The notes under the pieces: model-generated
What the model was told of the DNA's origin: nothing
Databases searched by the model: none
The model's input: only the letters and a program-made list of their open reading frames with translations
Program-made: the position numbers and the translations under genes
Shown: positions 1 to 9,583 of the stretch, piece after piece
Position numbering within the stretch: position 1 is the stretch's first letter
Layout: each line of letters opens with the position of its first letter
Source of the DNA: Microbacterium phage Pherbot
Strand: one strand, 5' to 3'
Sequence record: MK620904.1
Length of the DNA stretch: 32,000 nucleotides

Positions 1-615
1 ATGCCTCCCAAGCAGCGCGCCCAGACACCGAGTGGAACCGGTGATTCCTCGGGAACGCGCTGCACCGCACTCGCCACCAGCGGGAATCGGTGCCGTCGCA
101 AGGCGATGCCCGGTCTAACGGTGTGTCGGTCTCACGGTGGGGGCACTGCCGCCAGTATCCGGGCAAGCAAGCGCGCCGACGTCAGCCAGAAGGCCGCGAA
201 GCTATGGGGCATCAGCTCGGATACTGGCGGCCTCTCTGTCAAGGAAGAGCTTGAGCGGCTGGCCCGGAATAAGCTCACCGATGTTATCGCCCTGCGAATA
301 GAGCTTGGCTCTTCGCCTGAGTCGCATTATGGCCTCCTGGTTGACACCAAGGAGGTCTCCGAGTCTGACCTGAATGGCACGTCAAGGAAGACGGTCCGCA
401 AGGCAGGCGTTCACCCGCTGGTCACTGAGCTGCACAAGGCAGAGAATGAACTTGTGGCCATGCTGCGGCTGCTGCACGAGGTCAGTGGTGGCACCGAAGA
501 GGTCGACGTGCGCCGTATCCGCATCCAGACCGCTCGTGAAGCTGCCCGTCTGCTCAAGGCGTTCCCTGGCATCTCCGTTGACGAAGTAGCTGCTGAGGTG
601 AGCAAGCGTGCCTAA
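1..615 (+). CDS. terS: Putative terminase small subunit
   Basis: 204-aa ORF with ATG at base 1, immediately before the large terminase ORF; N-terminal 'CTALATSGNRCRRKAMPGLTVCRSHGG' motif typical of actinophage small terminase-like proteins. Upstream sequence is not visible. Confidence 0.7.
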   Translation: MPPKQRAQTPSGTGDSSGTRCTALATSGNRCRRKAMPGLTVCRSHGGGTAASIRASKRADVSQKAAKLWGISSDTGGLSVKEELERLARNKLTDVIALRIELGSSPESHYGLLVDTKEVSESDLNGTSRKTVRKAGVHPLVTELHKAENELVAMLRLLHEVSGGTEEVDVRRIRIQTAREAARLLKAFPGISVDEVAAEVSKRA

Positions 616-2026
616 GTTCATGGAAGACGTGGAAGAGGAGCAGGTGTTCGTTGATCACGACGCCTTCTCCTTTGAGGACATTGAGGCTGACTTCTCAGTG
701 TTCTGCAAGGCAAGCGGCATTCGCAACTCAGCTCTCACTGAGGTCCTGACCTCGTCCATGGATCCGGAGGCGCTTGACACTCCTCTGGGCTGTGTGGCCT
801 ACAGCACGCCTCCTCAGGAAGGCAAGACGACCTGGATCGTTCACTGGATCGCCTGGCAGTTGATCCGGAACCCGTGGCTCAAGGTGGTCTACGCGACGTA
901 CAGCCAGTCGCGCGCTAACGCGGTCTCCCGCCAGGTTCGTGGACTGGTAAGCGCATGGACTCCGCTCAAGGCAGGCTCATCCAATGTGCAGCGCTGGGAG
1001 ACGAAGGAAGGTGGAGGTCTGCTGGCTGCTGGCCGTGGCTCGGCGATGACTGGTTTCCGCTCCGACCTCACCGTCATCGACGACCCCATCAAGGACATGC
1101 AGGAAGCCCAGTCCGAGACCATCCGGGAGCAGACAGTTGAGTGGTTCAGCTCCGTTGTCCTGACCCGTATGTCGAACCTGAGCCAGATCGTGGTCATCTG
1201 CACGCGCTGGCACAAGGACGACCTCATTGCTCACGTGGTGAAGGCGCTGTCTGCCACGTACATCAACATCCCCGCCCAGGCCACACACGATGATGACCTG
1301 CTGGGCCGCTCGGTCGGGGAATGGCTGCCCTCGGTGCAGAACCGGAGTGATAAGTCCTGGGAGCTGATCAAGTCGGCTGTCGGGACTTACGTCTGGCAGG
1401 CACTCTATCAAGGTGACCCCAAGGTGACCGGGGGCAGCTACATCAACGCCGACAAGATTGACGTCGTGCCGTGGGACCAGGTGGTTTACCAGACAGAGCG
1501 AGGCCAGATGGCCACACTGGACCGGGCCTTGGTCATCCAGTCCTGGGACCTCACCTTCGGCAACCTGGGCACGTCGGGCAAGGGCAAGAAGCCCACGTCC
1601 GGGGACTATGTGGCCGGTCACGTCTATGCAGTCATCGGCCAGAAGTGGATCCTGGTGGACCGTGTGCATGCGCGGCTCACGTTCACGGAGACCGTGTCCG
1701 AGGTCCTGAAGATGTCGGCCCGCTGGCCCCAGACCAGCCGTATCTACGTGGAGAAGGCAGCCAACGGGGCAGCCCTGATCAATACGCTGCGCAAGCGTGC
1801 CGCGCTCATCAAGCCGGTGTCGCCCCAGGGCAGCAAGGAGGTTCGGGCGCTGGCAGTGCAGCCCGTGGTGGACGCTGGCAACGTCGCCGTCCTGGACACG
1901 GTGTACGACGAGACCATGTTCCAGGAGTTCCGCGACTTCCCCTTCGGTGCCCACGACGACGATGTGGACGCCTTCACCCAGGCCATCAACAATGGCAAGG
2001 CCGACTACTTCAAGATGGGAAACTGA
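608..2026 (+). CDS. terL: Terminase large subunit
   Basis: 472-aa ORF; ATPase motif PPQEGKTTWIV, Walker B-like LTVIDDPIKD, C-terminal nuclease-like segments 'VIQSWDLTFG' and 'VEKAANGAALI'. GTG start at 608 overlaps terS; alternative ATG at 620. Confidence 0.9.
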   Translation: MPKFMEDVEEEQVFVDHDAFSFEDIEADFSVFCKASGIRNSALTEVLTSSMDPEALDTPLGCVAYSTPPQEGKTTWIVHWIAWQLIRNPWLKVVYATYSQSRANAVSRQVRGLVSAWTPLKAGSSNVQRWETKEGGGLLAAGRGSAMTGFRSDLTVIDDPIKDMQEAQSETIREQTVEWFSSVVLTRMSNLSQIVVICTRWHKDDLIAHVVKALSATYINIPAQATHDDDLLGRSVGEWLPSVQNRSDKSWELIKSAVGTYVWQALYQGDPKVTGGSYINADKIDVVPWDQVVYQTERGQMATLDRALVIQSWDLTFGNLGTSGKGKKPTSGDYVAGHVYAVIGQKWILVDRVHARLTFTETVSEVLKMSARWPQTSRIYVEKAANGAALINTLRKRAALIKPVSPQGSKEVRALAVQPVVDAGNVAVLDTVYDETMFQEFRDFPFGAHDDDVDAFTQAINNGKADYFKMGN

Positions 2027-2027
2027 C

Positions 2028-3368
2028 ATGACTGAAATGACCAAGCTTCAGCAGTTCCTTCTCAACCGGGACAGCAAGACCTATGCCGCGTACTACAACG
2101 GCAAGATGAGCTATGCCCTGCACGGCAAGGAGTGGGAGAAGTACGTCAGCGAGGCCTTCCCCGACCTGAAGGACCAGCAGACCAGCGAGAACATCTTCAA
2201 GGCAGTCATTGACCTGTACGCGGAGAACCTGGTGCCCGTGCCGGACGAGCTGCGGGGCTTCAGCAACATCCTGGTCCCGCTGCTCAGCCGGGGCGAAGCG
2301 CCTGTCGTGGTGCTGCCGGACGGGACAGTGTCGTTCCCCGAGCACTACGAGATCATGAGCGACGGCAAGTTCACCGTCACGGCCATCTTCACCCGGGACC
2401 TGGCCAACATGACCGACAACGTCACCTTCGTGGACAGCACCGGGGCGTCGGCCCTGTACCGGAAGGACGTGCCGGACGACTTCTCCCCGGCCGACAAGCA
2501 GGGCTACCAGTTCGTGGAGGAGACCCACGGCAACGAGCTGTTCCGCTTCGCCCTGGACGACAAGGGCTTCGGGGCAAGCATGGCAGCCCTGCAGGACCGG
2601 GCCAACCACTCCATCCTGGACCAGACGGTCATCGCCGAGATGTACGCGCGTCCGTTCTGGTACTTGCTCAACGTGGAGCTGCCCCCGACGAACCCCTACC
2701 TGCCCAGCCAGCCCGAGGGCACTGCCCAGCTCAAGGAGCAGAAGGCCAAGGGTGCCGGGGGGCGCATCTTCACCACCAGCGGCGAGGGTCCGTTCGGTCA
2801 GCTTACCCCGCCGACCATCAGCGACATGATCGCCTACCACGACAGCATCATCGACAAGGTGTCGCAGTCCAGCGGCATCCCTCAGCACTACTTCAAGCCT
2901 GGGCAGGGAACCCCGCCGACTGGTGTGGCCCTGAAGGTGCTCAGCAAGCGGTTCAACAACAAGATCGCCCGCATGCGCGAGGACCTCACCCCCGAGCTGG
3001 AGCGCCTGGCTGAGCTGCTGGGGGTGGAGAAGACGGCGGAGATCCGGGATGCCGATGGCAAGCCCGAGAAGGAGTACGAGCTGTGGAACACCAGCGACGA
3101 CCTGCTGCAGGAGTCCATGGACGCGCACGGCATCGCCCTCAGCCAGATGGGCTACCCCTTGGGCTACATCGCCGAGGTCGTGACCCCCGGTGTGGACCTG
3201 GAAGACTACGAGGACGACACCGATGGCGACCCCAGCGTGGACCCCAGCGTGCCCGGTGAGGCCACCGACATGACCGCAATGGGGCAGCAGGGCCTCGTCG
3301 CCACGCCTGGCCAGGTGGCAGCCTACGGGGCGAACCCCGGCCAGCGTGCCAAGGGTCCGGTGAGCTGA
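2028..3368 (+). CDS. Portal protein
   Basis: 446 aa from the ATG at 2028 (the ORF track's 1797 start runs inside terL). Position after TerL, and segments such as 'DKVSQSSGIPQHYF' and 'RMREDLTPELERLAELLG' are portal-like. Confidence 0.82.
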   Translation: MTEMTKLQQFLLNRDSKTYAAYYNGKMSYALHGKEWEKYVSEAFPDLKDQQTSENIFKAVIDLYAENLVPVPDELRGFSNILVPLLSRGEAPVVVLPDGTVSFPEHYEIMSDGKFTVTAIFTRDLANMTDNVTFVDSTGASALYRKDVPDDFSPADKQGYQFVEETHGNELFRFALDDKGFGASMAALQDRANHSILDQTVIAEMYARPFWYLLNVELPPTNPYLPSQPEGTAQLKEQKAKGAGGRIFTTSGEGPFGQLTPPTISDMIAYHDSIIDKVSQSSGIPQHYFKPGQGTPPTGVALKVLSKRFNNKIARMREDLTPELERLAELLGVEKTAEIRDADGKPEKEYELWNTSDDLLQESMDAHGIALSQMGYPLGYIAEVVTPGVDLEDYEDDTDGDPSVDPSVPGEATDMTAMGQQGLVATPGQVAAYGANPGQRAKGPVS

Positions 3369-3369
3369 C

Positions 3370-4044
3370 ATGGCTACCGTCCCCACCGGCAAGCTGGAGC
3401 GCGAGCTGCGCAAGCTCTACCTCCAGTGGGTGATGGGACTGCCCCAGCACGAGAACGACCTGGCAGCGTACATCAACACGTTCCGCGTTCGCAGTGAGGC
3501 CCTCATCGCCAAGCTGGGGGGCGACGTGGCGCGGCTGGGGGTGTACCTGGCCGACTTCCCTGCCCCTCGTGAGCTGGTGCTCAGCCCCGTGGCTGGTGTC
3601 ATCTACGACCAGATGCAGCAGGTGGCGATCAGCGCTGGTATCATGTCCGGCCTGAACGCCAACGACGTCGCTCGGGCCATGCTGCGGGCAGGGCTGGACA
3701 AGTCGTTCAACCGGCTGAAGCGCCTTGCCCGTACCGAGACGGTCAGCGCCTACTGGAAGAACCAGTGGGACAGCACTGCGGGCCTGGACCTGGTGATGGT
3801 GTGGTCGTCCGAGACTGGCCCCCGCACTTGCGACTACTGCCTGGACCGGGACGGCCTTGTCGTGGATGACCCCAACATCCGGGATCACCCGAACGGTCGC
3901 TGCACGCTGGTCCCGACGGTTCCCTGGCGTGTGGCCTACCGGGGCACCCTCCAGCCGGACGGCAGCGTCTACATGGACCCCCGCTGGCAGCAGCGGGTCA
4001 CCGCTTCCCGTGAGAGATGGGAGGCTCGGCGAATGTCCTCGTAA
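3370..4044 (+). CDS. MuF-like head morphogenesis protein
   Basis: 224 aa; 'ARTETVSAYWKNQWDSTAGL...RTCDYCLDRDG...RDHPNGRCTLVP' matches the phage Mu F-like C-terminal pattern; lies between portal and scaffold. Confidence 0.75.
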   Translation: MATVPTGKLERELRKLYLQWVMGLPQHENDLAAYINTFRVRSEALIAKLGGDVARLGVYLADFPAPRELVLSPVAGVIYDQMQQVAISAGIMSGLNANDVARAMLRAGLDKSFNRLKRLARTETVSAYWKNQWDSTAGLDLVMVWSSETGPRTCDYCLDRDGLVVDDPNIRDHPNGRCTLVPTVPWRVAYRGTLQPDGSVYMDPRWQQRVTASRERWEARRMSS

Positions 4045-4124
4045 TCCCGAGCGACACGCCGGGGAGAGAACAGGTACTTGCGACCGCAAGGGCCACCAAC
4101 TACACTGAAAGGCAGGTAGCCGAA

Positions 4125-4673
4125 ATGGCAACCGAAACTCAGGACGAAATGTCCAACGGCACCACCGACGAAACGTCGGGTCAGGCAGCCGAGCAGGGCC
4201 AGCAGCAGGAAGTCACTCCCGAAACGGGAGGTAACGACACCAGCGAGGGCCAGCAGTCGCAGGAGCAGCGCCTCCCGGATGACCACCCTCTGGTCAAGGC
4301 ATACGCCAGCAGCCAGGCGGAGCTCAAGACGCTCCGGTCCTCCTCCCAGGCGCACCAGGCCAAGGTCACCGAGCTTGAGACCAAGATCGCAGAGCTCACC
4401 ACCAAGGCCGAGTCCACCGACACCGTGCAGGGCAAGTTCGACCGCCTCGAGGCCTTCCTCCTGGCGCTCCCTGGCCCGCTGGGCAAGGCACTGGACAGCC
4501 GCTCCTTCACCGACGCACTGTTCAACAGCGACAAGTCCATCGAAGACATCCTCAAGGACTGGCAGCGGGCCAACCCCACGGCCACAAGCCAGGCACTCGG
4601 GGCAGGGGCGGGAGACCCCGGCAAGAAGGCTCCCACCATGAACGAGCTCCTCCGCGCTGCGGCAGGTAGCTGA
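4125..4673 (+). CDS. Putative capsid scaffolding protein
   Basis: About 182 aa from the ATG at 4125; acidic, Gln-rich, coiled-coil-like (QAELKTLRSSSQAHQAKVTELETKIAELTTKAE), immediately upstream of the capsid gene. Confidence 0.75.
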   Translation: MATETQDEMSNGTTDETSGQAAEQGQQQEVTPETGGNDTSEGQQSQEQRLPDDHPLVKAYASSQAELKTLRSSSQAHQAKVTELETKIAELTTKAESTDTVQGKFDRLEAFLLALPGPLGKALDSRSFTDALFNSDKSIEDILKDWQRANPTATSQALGAGAGDPGKKAPTMNELLRAAAGS

Positions 4674-4717
4674 GCAGTACCCTCAACCGGCCTTCGGGCC
4701 AGAAAGGAGTCAGTCAC

Positions 4718-5668
4718 ATGGCTGACATCACACGGGCCGACGCACTGGCCCTCCTGGCTCGTCAGGACATCAACGAGATCGTCAAGCCCGAGCTGACCCA
4801 GTCGACCGCGCTGGCTGCCTTCCGCACCGTGCGGATGAGCGCTGGTACGGCTCGCATGCCGGTCCTCGCGTCGCTCCCGACGGCTGGCTTCGTAACCGAC
4901 GGTGACGCCACCGAGGCGACCGGCGTGAAGCCCACCAGCAAGGTGACGTGGACCAACAAGGAGCTCATCGCCGAGGAGATCGCGGTCATCGTTCCGGTCC
5001 ACGAGAACACCCTCGCCGACAGCAACTTCGACATCTGGGCCGAGGTCCGCCCGCTCGTCGCACAGGAGTTCGGCCGCATCCTGGATGCAGCGGTGCTCTT
5101 CGGTGTGAACAAGCCGACCACCTGGACCGACCCGGCACTTGTCCCCGGCGCGATCGCTGCGGGCAACGAGCAGGTCGAGGGCACCGGCGACGGCACCGAG
5201 ACCGACCTGGCGGCCGACTTCAACGAGGCGTTCGGCATGGTGGAGGACGACGGCTTCGACGTCAACTCGGCGTTCACCGGTCGCTTCCTGCGCCGTGCGC
5301 TGCGCGGCCTGCGCGACGACACCGGCCAGCCCATCTACCTGGATGGCGTCCGTGGCGACAACAACACGGCGTCCATCTACGGCCAGGACCTGCGCTACGT
5401 CAACAACCTGGCATGGGACCGCGACGAGGCCATCGCCCTGGTCGGCGACGCCAGCAAGGCCGTCATCGGTATCCGCGAGGACTACCAGGTGAAGCTCCTC
5501 ACGGAGGCCACGGTCGGCGGCATCAACCTGGCCGAGCGTGACATGGTGGCGCTGCGCTTCAAGTTCCGTGTGGCCTTCGCCACGGCGTTCTCCACCGCTG
5601 GTGGCGAGATCACGGACTACCCCTTCGCGGTCATCACCCCGGCTGCTGTCGAGGGCGGGGGCGAGTGA
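4718..5668 (+). CDS. Major capsid protein, HK97-fold-like
   Basis: 316 aa; 'IAEEIAVIVPVHENTLADSNFDIWAEVRPLVAQEFGRILDAAVLFG' is typical of HK97-like capsid proteins; a ribosome-binding-like AGAAAGGAG lies upstream. Confidence 0.88.
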   Translation: MADITRADALALLARQDINEIVKPELTQSTALAAFRTVRMSAGTARMPVLASLPTAGFVTDGDATEATGVKPTSKVTWTNKELIAEEIAVIVPVHENTLADSNFDIWAEVRPLVAQEFGRILDAAVLFGVNKPTTWTDPALVPGAIAAGNEQVEGTGDGTETDLAADFNEAFGMVEDDGFDVNSAFTGRFLRRALRGLRDDTGQPIYLDGVRGDNNTASIYGQDLRYVNNLAWDRDEAIALVGDASKAVIGIREDYQVKLLTEATVGGINLAERDMVALRFKFRVAFATAFSTAGGEITDYPFAVITPAAVEGGGE

Positions 5669-5916
5669 TGGGTACGCAGAGCGAGTGGAACGCCAAGCGC
5701 CGAGCAGCCAAGGCCGAGGCCGCTGAGGCAGCCGCCTTCGCCAAGCACGACGTCCCGGTCACCGAGTCTGCCGTGGAGCTGCCGGAGGGCCAGGAGGTCC
5801 CCCAGGCCGACGCAGAGCAGAGCCCTGTCGGGGACAGCGCCGAAGAGCAGGCAGACCCCGACCCCCAGGCCGACCCCGGCTCTGGTGGCGAGGCACCGGC
5901 CGACCAGGCCGAGTGA
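5668..5916 (+). CDS. Hypothetical protein, acidic, low complexity
   Basis: 82 aa; ATG overlaps the capsid TGA by 1 nt. Confidence 0.6.
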   Translation: MGTQSEWNAKRRAAKAEAAEAAAFAKHDVPVTESAVELPEGQEVPQADAEQSPVGDSAEEQADPDPQADPGSGGEAPADQAE

Positions 5917-5975
5917 CAACTGGGGGGCAGGTAGCGGGTCTGCCTGCCCCCTTACTCATCACAGAAAGGGCAGCT

Positions 5976-6332
5976 ATGCCTACTCGCACTTCCGTTCACG
6001 GCACTATCACCGACAGTGGTGCCGTCATCAAGTACGGGACCTACCGATGGCACTACGGCGGAATCGTGAACCCTCGGTTCAAGATCAAGGACCGCTGGCA
6101 CTCCTACGGCTGGGCCGACAAGAAGTTCTACGTCGCCCTCCGCAACACTGCCGGGGTCCGCGTCGTGAACACGCTCACGTTCTACCCCGGTGAGGACTAC
6201 ACCGAGAAGACCTTCAGTCCCATCGGCGGGGGCATCCTGCCTACCCAGCAGGTCGCTCTCAACGTCCAGTCCGAGTCCTACGGGCCTGCCCGTGGTGTCG
6301 TGAACTGGACCGGCGAGCTGTACCTGGGCTAA
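5976..6332 (+). CDS. Hypothetical structural protein, possibly head decoration or connector
   Basis: 118 aa from the ATG at 5976 preceded by AGAAAGGG; located between capsid and connector genes; beta-rich sequence. Confidence 0.55.
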   Translation: MPTRTSVHGTITDSGAVIKYGTYRWHYGGIVNPRFKIKDRWHSYGWADKKFYVALRNTAGVRVVNTLTFYPGEDYTEKTFSPIGGGILPTQQVALNVQSESYGPARGVVNWTGELYLG

Positions 6333-6353
6333 GGCCACAAGGAGGACTGACTG

Positions 6354-6776
6354 ATGGCTGCGCTGGATGACCTGAACGCACTGCTCCAGAACCTGCCTGG
6401 CTTCGCTCTCATCACTGATACGATGAAGCAGGCGGCTCTGGATGGGGCGCGGATCCCGGACAGCTTCCTGCTCTGGCCGGGCGAGGAAGGCTACGAGAAC
6501 ACGTACGACGTGTACTTCGCGGCTCTCACGCTGCTGGGCTTCCTGCAGGCACAGCCTGTCATCCGTCAGTCCTCCAGTGAGGGCACTTCGGTCGCGGTGG
6601 ATGCACCGAACTGGAGTGCCCTCATCAACTACTACCGGAGCCAGTCGCCCATCTGCCGCGTGCAGGGTAACCAGGTGCTCCAGAACGTGCCCATCCCGGA
6701 TGGCCCCCACGTTCGCAAGACCGACATGTCCGGAAGGGGGTCGCACTATGGTGATGTCGACACAGACCTTGGGTGA
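6354..6776 (+). CDS. Putative head-tail connector protein
   Basis: 140 aa; position in the morphogenesis cluster. Confidence 0.5.
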   Translation: MAALDDLNALLQNLPGFALITDTMKQAALDGARIPDSFLLWPGEEGYENTYDVYFAALTLLGFLQAQPVIRQSSSEGTSVAVDAPNWSALINYYRSQSPICRVQGNQVLQNVPIPDGPHVRKTDMSGRGSHYGDVDTDLG

Positions 6777-7158
6777 GGCCGCTCGCCTGCTGGAGCAGTC
6801 GGTACTCATCGACAGCGTGCAGCTCCTCCTCGTGGGCGACCCTGTCACCGTGGGCTACGAAGTGACCCGCGAGACCGTCCCCGTGGGGGACCCCGTGCCT
6901 GCACTGGTGCAGACCACCGTCCTCGCCAACGCCGTCGAGAGCCAGGTCAGCAACGTCTACTCCGTCAAGGTGCCCCAGGGCACGGTCGTTGACCCCGGCA
7001 TGGCCGTCGAGGTCCTCACCTGCCAGCACGAGCCGAGCCTTGTCGGCAAGAAGCTTCTCCTGGACAAGGTCAGCCAGAACGGCCTCGCCATGATCCGCAA
7101 GGCTGTCGCCAGCGACTTCCACCAGGTGGACCAGCAGGGGAAGGAGAACCTGTCATGA
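6748..7158 (+). CDS. Putative head completion/head-tail connector protein
   Basis: About 136 aa, in frame with the 6442 ORF but with a more plausible ATG at 6748 (or 6754) after 'GGAAGGGGG'; positional inference. Confidence 0.5.
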   Translation: MVMSTQTLGEAARLLEQSVLIDSVQLLLVGDPVTVGYEVTRETVPVGDPVPALVQTTVLANAVESQVSNVYSVKVPQGTVVDPGMAVEVLTCQHEPSLVGKKLLLDKVSQNGLAMIRKAVASDFHQVDQQGKENLS

Positions 7159-7496
7159 GCATCACGATGGGCCAGCTTGCCAGCCGGTACGCGGCAGCAG
7201 CCAAGGACGTCCCCGGTGACGAGGAGCTCCGTACCATCGCCCAGGTCGGTGTCGGCCTGGTCAAGAAGGAGATCCAGGACATGCACGCGGTGGACACCGG
7301 CACGATGCTGAACAGCACCGACGCCGAGCGCGCGGGCAAGGCCACCTACCTGATCGGCCCGACCGTGGACTACGCTCCCTATGTGGCCCTGGGAACGAGC
7401 CGGATGCCTGCTCGCCCCTTCCACATCAAGGCAGCCGCCAAGCTGCGCAAGGAAGTCGACGCCCTGGGCTTCGACCCGGACAAGCTGGGAATCTGA
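7155..7496 (+). CDS. HK97 gp10-like tail completion protein
   Basis: 113 aa; 'VDTGTMLNS...YAPYVALGTSRMPARPFHIKAA' resembles the 'tG.y....yApyvE.Gt...parPf' signature of this family. Confidence 0.75.
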   Translation: MSITMGQLASRYAAAAKDVPGDEELRTIAQVGVGLVKKEIQDMHAVDTGTMLNSTDAERAGKATYLIGPTVDYAPYVALGTSRMPARPFHIKAAAKLRKEVDALGFDPDKLGI

Positions 7497-7498
7497 TC

Positions 7499-7858
7499 AT
7501 GACCGCAAGCATGAGCGACATCACCAGCCTCCTGGACGTGGCAGGCGTGCCCAGCGTCACGGGGTATGCAGCCACCAAGGCGGCACTCCCCTACGTCGTG
7601 GCACGACCCCTGACGACCCTCTACGGGGAGATGGCCCTGAACGGCAGTGCCCTCTCCTGGGACACCCAGTTCGCTCTCTACTGCGCTGCTGGCTCCGTAG
7701 AGGCCTCGCACAACCTGGCTACCGACGTTGTCCGCATCCTGCACGGGGCACGCGTCGGGGATAGCACGCTGGCGGCGAGCCTGGGCTACGTCGGCGCACA
7801 AGTGGAAGGCCACTACGAGACCCAGGTAACCATCCAAACCGATCAAGGAGGAATCTAA
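7499..7858 (+). CDS. Putative tail terminator protein
   Basis: 119 aa; position between the gp10-like and major tail genes. Confidence 0.5.
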   Translation: MTASMSDITSLLDVAGVPSVTGYAATKAALPYVVARPLTTLYGEMALNGSALSWDTQFALYCAAGSVEASHNLATDVVRILHGARVGDSTLAASLGYVGAQVEGHYETQVTIQTDQGGI

Positions 7859-8085
7859 TGGCACACGGCATCGTCGTTGACCACAAGGAGTCCGGCGTCC
7901 GGTACGCGGTCTCTGAGCGCAACTTCAACGAGAAGATCCACACCAAGGTCCGGGACCTGAAGCCCGGCGAGAGCGTCATCGGCTTCCAGCCCAAGCGGCG
8001 CAAGACCGTCGGCGAGGCTGCCCCCGTGCAGCTTCCCGCCAAGACCGAGGGGTCCCCGTCCGGGGGCACCAAGGACGCCAAGTAG
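7858..8085 (+). CDS. Hypothetical protein
   Basis: 75 aa; ATG overlaps the upstream TAA; coding block is continuous. Confidence 0.5.
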   Translation: MAHGIVVDHKESGVRYAVSERNFNEKIHTKVRDLKPGESVIGFQPKRRKTVGEAAPVQLPAKTEGSPSGGTKDAK

Positions 8086-8097
8086 AAAGGAACTATC

Positions 8098-8598
8098 ATG
8101 GCACCCATCACCCAGTGGAACCCCTCGACCCAGATCAGTCGTGGGAACGTCGCCGTTGGCGTGGCACCTGCCGTCGAGGACATCAACAACCCCGTCCTCG
8201 CGGAGCTGACCACGGGCATCGGCCTGGACTGCAGCATCACCACGATGAACGGCACGTCCAGCACGGACAGCGAGTCCATCGACTGGCTGTGCGACCCGGC
8301 CTCGGAGCAGCTCCCGGGCAGCACCACGCACTCCATCGACGACCTCCTCATCAAGGCCACCGGCCAGGGCGACGAGGACCTCATCAACGGCCTGAACATC
8401 GGCGACGTCGTCTACATCTGGCGGCGCGACGGCATCCCCCACGAGACCGCCCCGGCAGCGGGTCAGTTCGTGTGGGTCTGGAAGGCCATCATCACGTCCA
8501 TCGACCCGGCGGAGGCGAACAACACGTTCATCGGCATCACCGCCCACGTCACGGTCCTGGCCCGCTCGGTGACGGCTGTCGCCATCGCTGCGGCCTGA
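8098..8598 (+). CDS. Putative major tail protein
   Basis: 166 aa; preceded by AGAAAGGA and located directly before the tail assembly chaperones and tape measure. Confidence 0.65.
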   Translation: MAPITQWNPSTQISRGNVAVGVAPAVEDINNPVLAELTTGIGLDCSITTMNGTSSTDSESIDWLCDPASEQLPGSTTHSIDDLLIKATGQGDEDLINGLNIGDVVYIWRRDGIPHETAPAAGQFVWVWKAIITSIDPAEANNTFIGITAHVTVLARSVTAVAIAAA

Positions 8599-8627
8599 CC
8601 CCGAACCCCGACAGGTAGGAGAACACC

Positions 8628-9176
8628 ATGTCATTCAACAGCTACGAAGAACTCATGCAGGCGGTGGAGGAGCGGCGCTCCGACATCCTCACGCTGGAGG
8701 TCGACCTCGGTGCCACGTACTCTCAGGAGCACGAGGACGCCAAGAAGGAACTCCAGCAGGCCAAGGCGCTGAAGCAGCTCGCCGGGGGTCAGGACTTCCT
8801 GGCCGACAACCTGGCGGCGCTCGAGGCTCGTGTGGCCGAGACCAAGCCTGAGTCCCGCAACGTGTGGGTCCGGTTCAGCCGTCTCAAGCTGGGGGAGTGG
8901 GCCATGCTGGTCAAGACCAGCGGCCTGACGCCCATCGACCAGTACGAGAAGGTTCTGCCGAAGACGTTCATCGGTGTCTACGGGCAGGACCCGGCAGGCG
9001 GGGAAGACGGCGAGGTCATCGAGCCGCTCTCCACCGACCCGGCGCTGCTGTCCAGCAAGGGTGACAGGGGTATCCTGCCTGGCGGCATGCTCCACCAGGT
9101 TGTCCAGGCGTTCATGGCCTGGCAGAACTCGTCGGGGGACATCACCATCCGCCCTACGAAATCGGGCCTCGTCTAG
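8628..9176 (+). CDS. Tail assembly chaperone (upstream frame)
   Basis: 182 aa; position before the tape measure; paired with an overlapping -1 frame (see findings). Confidence 0.75.
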   Translation: MSFNSYEELMQAVEERRSDILTLEVDLGATYSQEHEDAKKELQQAKALKQLAGGQDFLADNLAALEARVAETKPESRNVWVRFSRLKLGEWAMLVKTSGLTPIDQYEKVLPKTFIGVYGQDPAGGEDGEVIEPLSTDPALLSSKGDRGILPGGMLHQVVQAFMAWQNSSGDITIRPTKSGLV

Positions 9177-9184
9177 GAGTTCTC

Positions 9185-9565
9185 TTGGACATGGCCCTGG
9201 CATCCGGTCGGCCCCCGCTTCGCCTCCTTGACGAGGGTCGGCCGGATGCCTGGCAGGAGGTAGACCTCGAGGTCGTCTCCCAGTGGAAGCACATGAAGGA
9301 GGTCAAGTGCCCCGGCTGCGGTCGCCCGCTGGCTGAGCACTTGCACAACTCAACATTGGGACGGGAAGAAACCATCGAGGACTACGAAGTCTACTCGGTG
9401 GATTGCCCGGCACAGCAGGCCATCGCTGGCGGTCAGTCAGCCTGGCGGCAGGTGAACAAGGGCGCTATCGACAGCCACATGAAGGGCAACGGTCCTGACC
9501 CCAGCATGGGGGTCTACTGGCTGACCAAGCGCCAGGGCGAGCGCCTTCCCATCCCCGAACAGTAA
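9185..9565 (+). CDS. Tail assembly chaperone, downstream frame, probably expressed by -1 frameshift
   Basis: Frame is open from 9065 to 9565 in the -1 frame relative to the 8628 ORF; C-terminal 'CPGCGRPLAEHLHN'. The first annotatable start (TTG 9185) lies after the upstream stop and the intervening 'GGAG' is weak for independent initiation. Confidence 0.65.
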   Translation: MDMALASGRPPLRLLDEGRPDAWQEVDLEVVSQWKHMKEVKCPGCGRPLAEHLHNSTLGREETIEDYEVYSVDCPAQQAIAGGQSAWRQVNKGAIDSHMKGNGPDPSMGVYWLTKRQGERLPIPEQ

Positions 9566-9583
9566 CCCAGAAAGGAGGACAGC

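Noticed and set aside
2010-4131. Minus-strand ORFs opposite portal and MuF-like genes (2010..3413, 3139..4131)
   Set aside because: Overlap conserved morphogenesis genes in full and lack gene-like spacing; high-GC artefacts.
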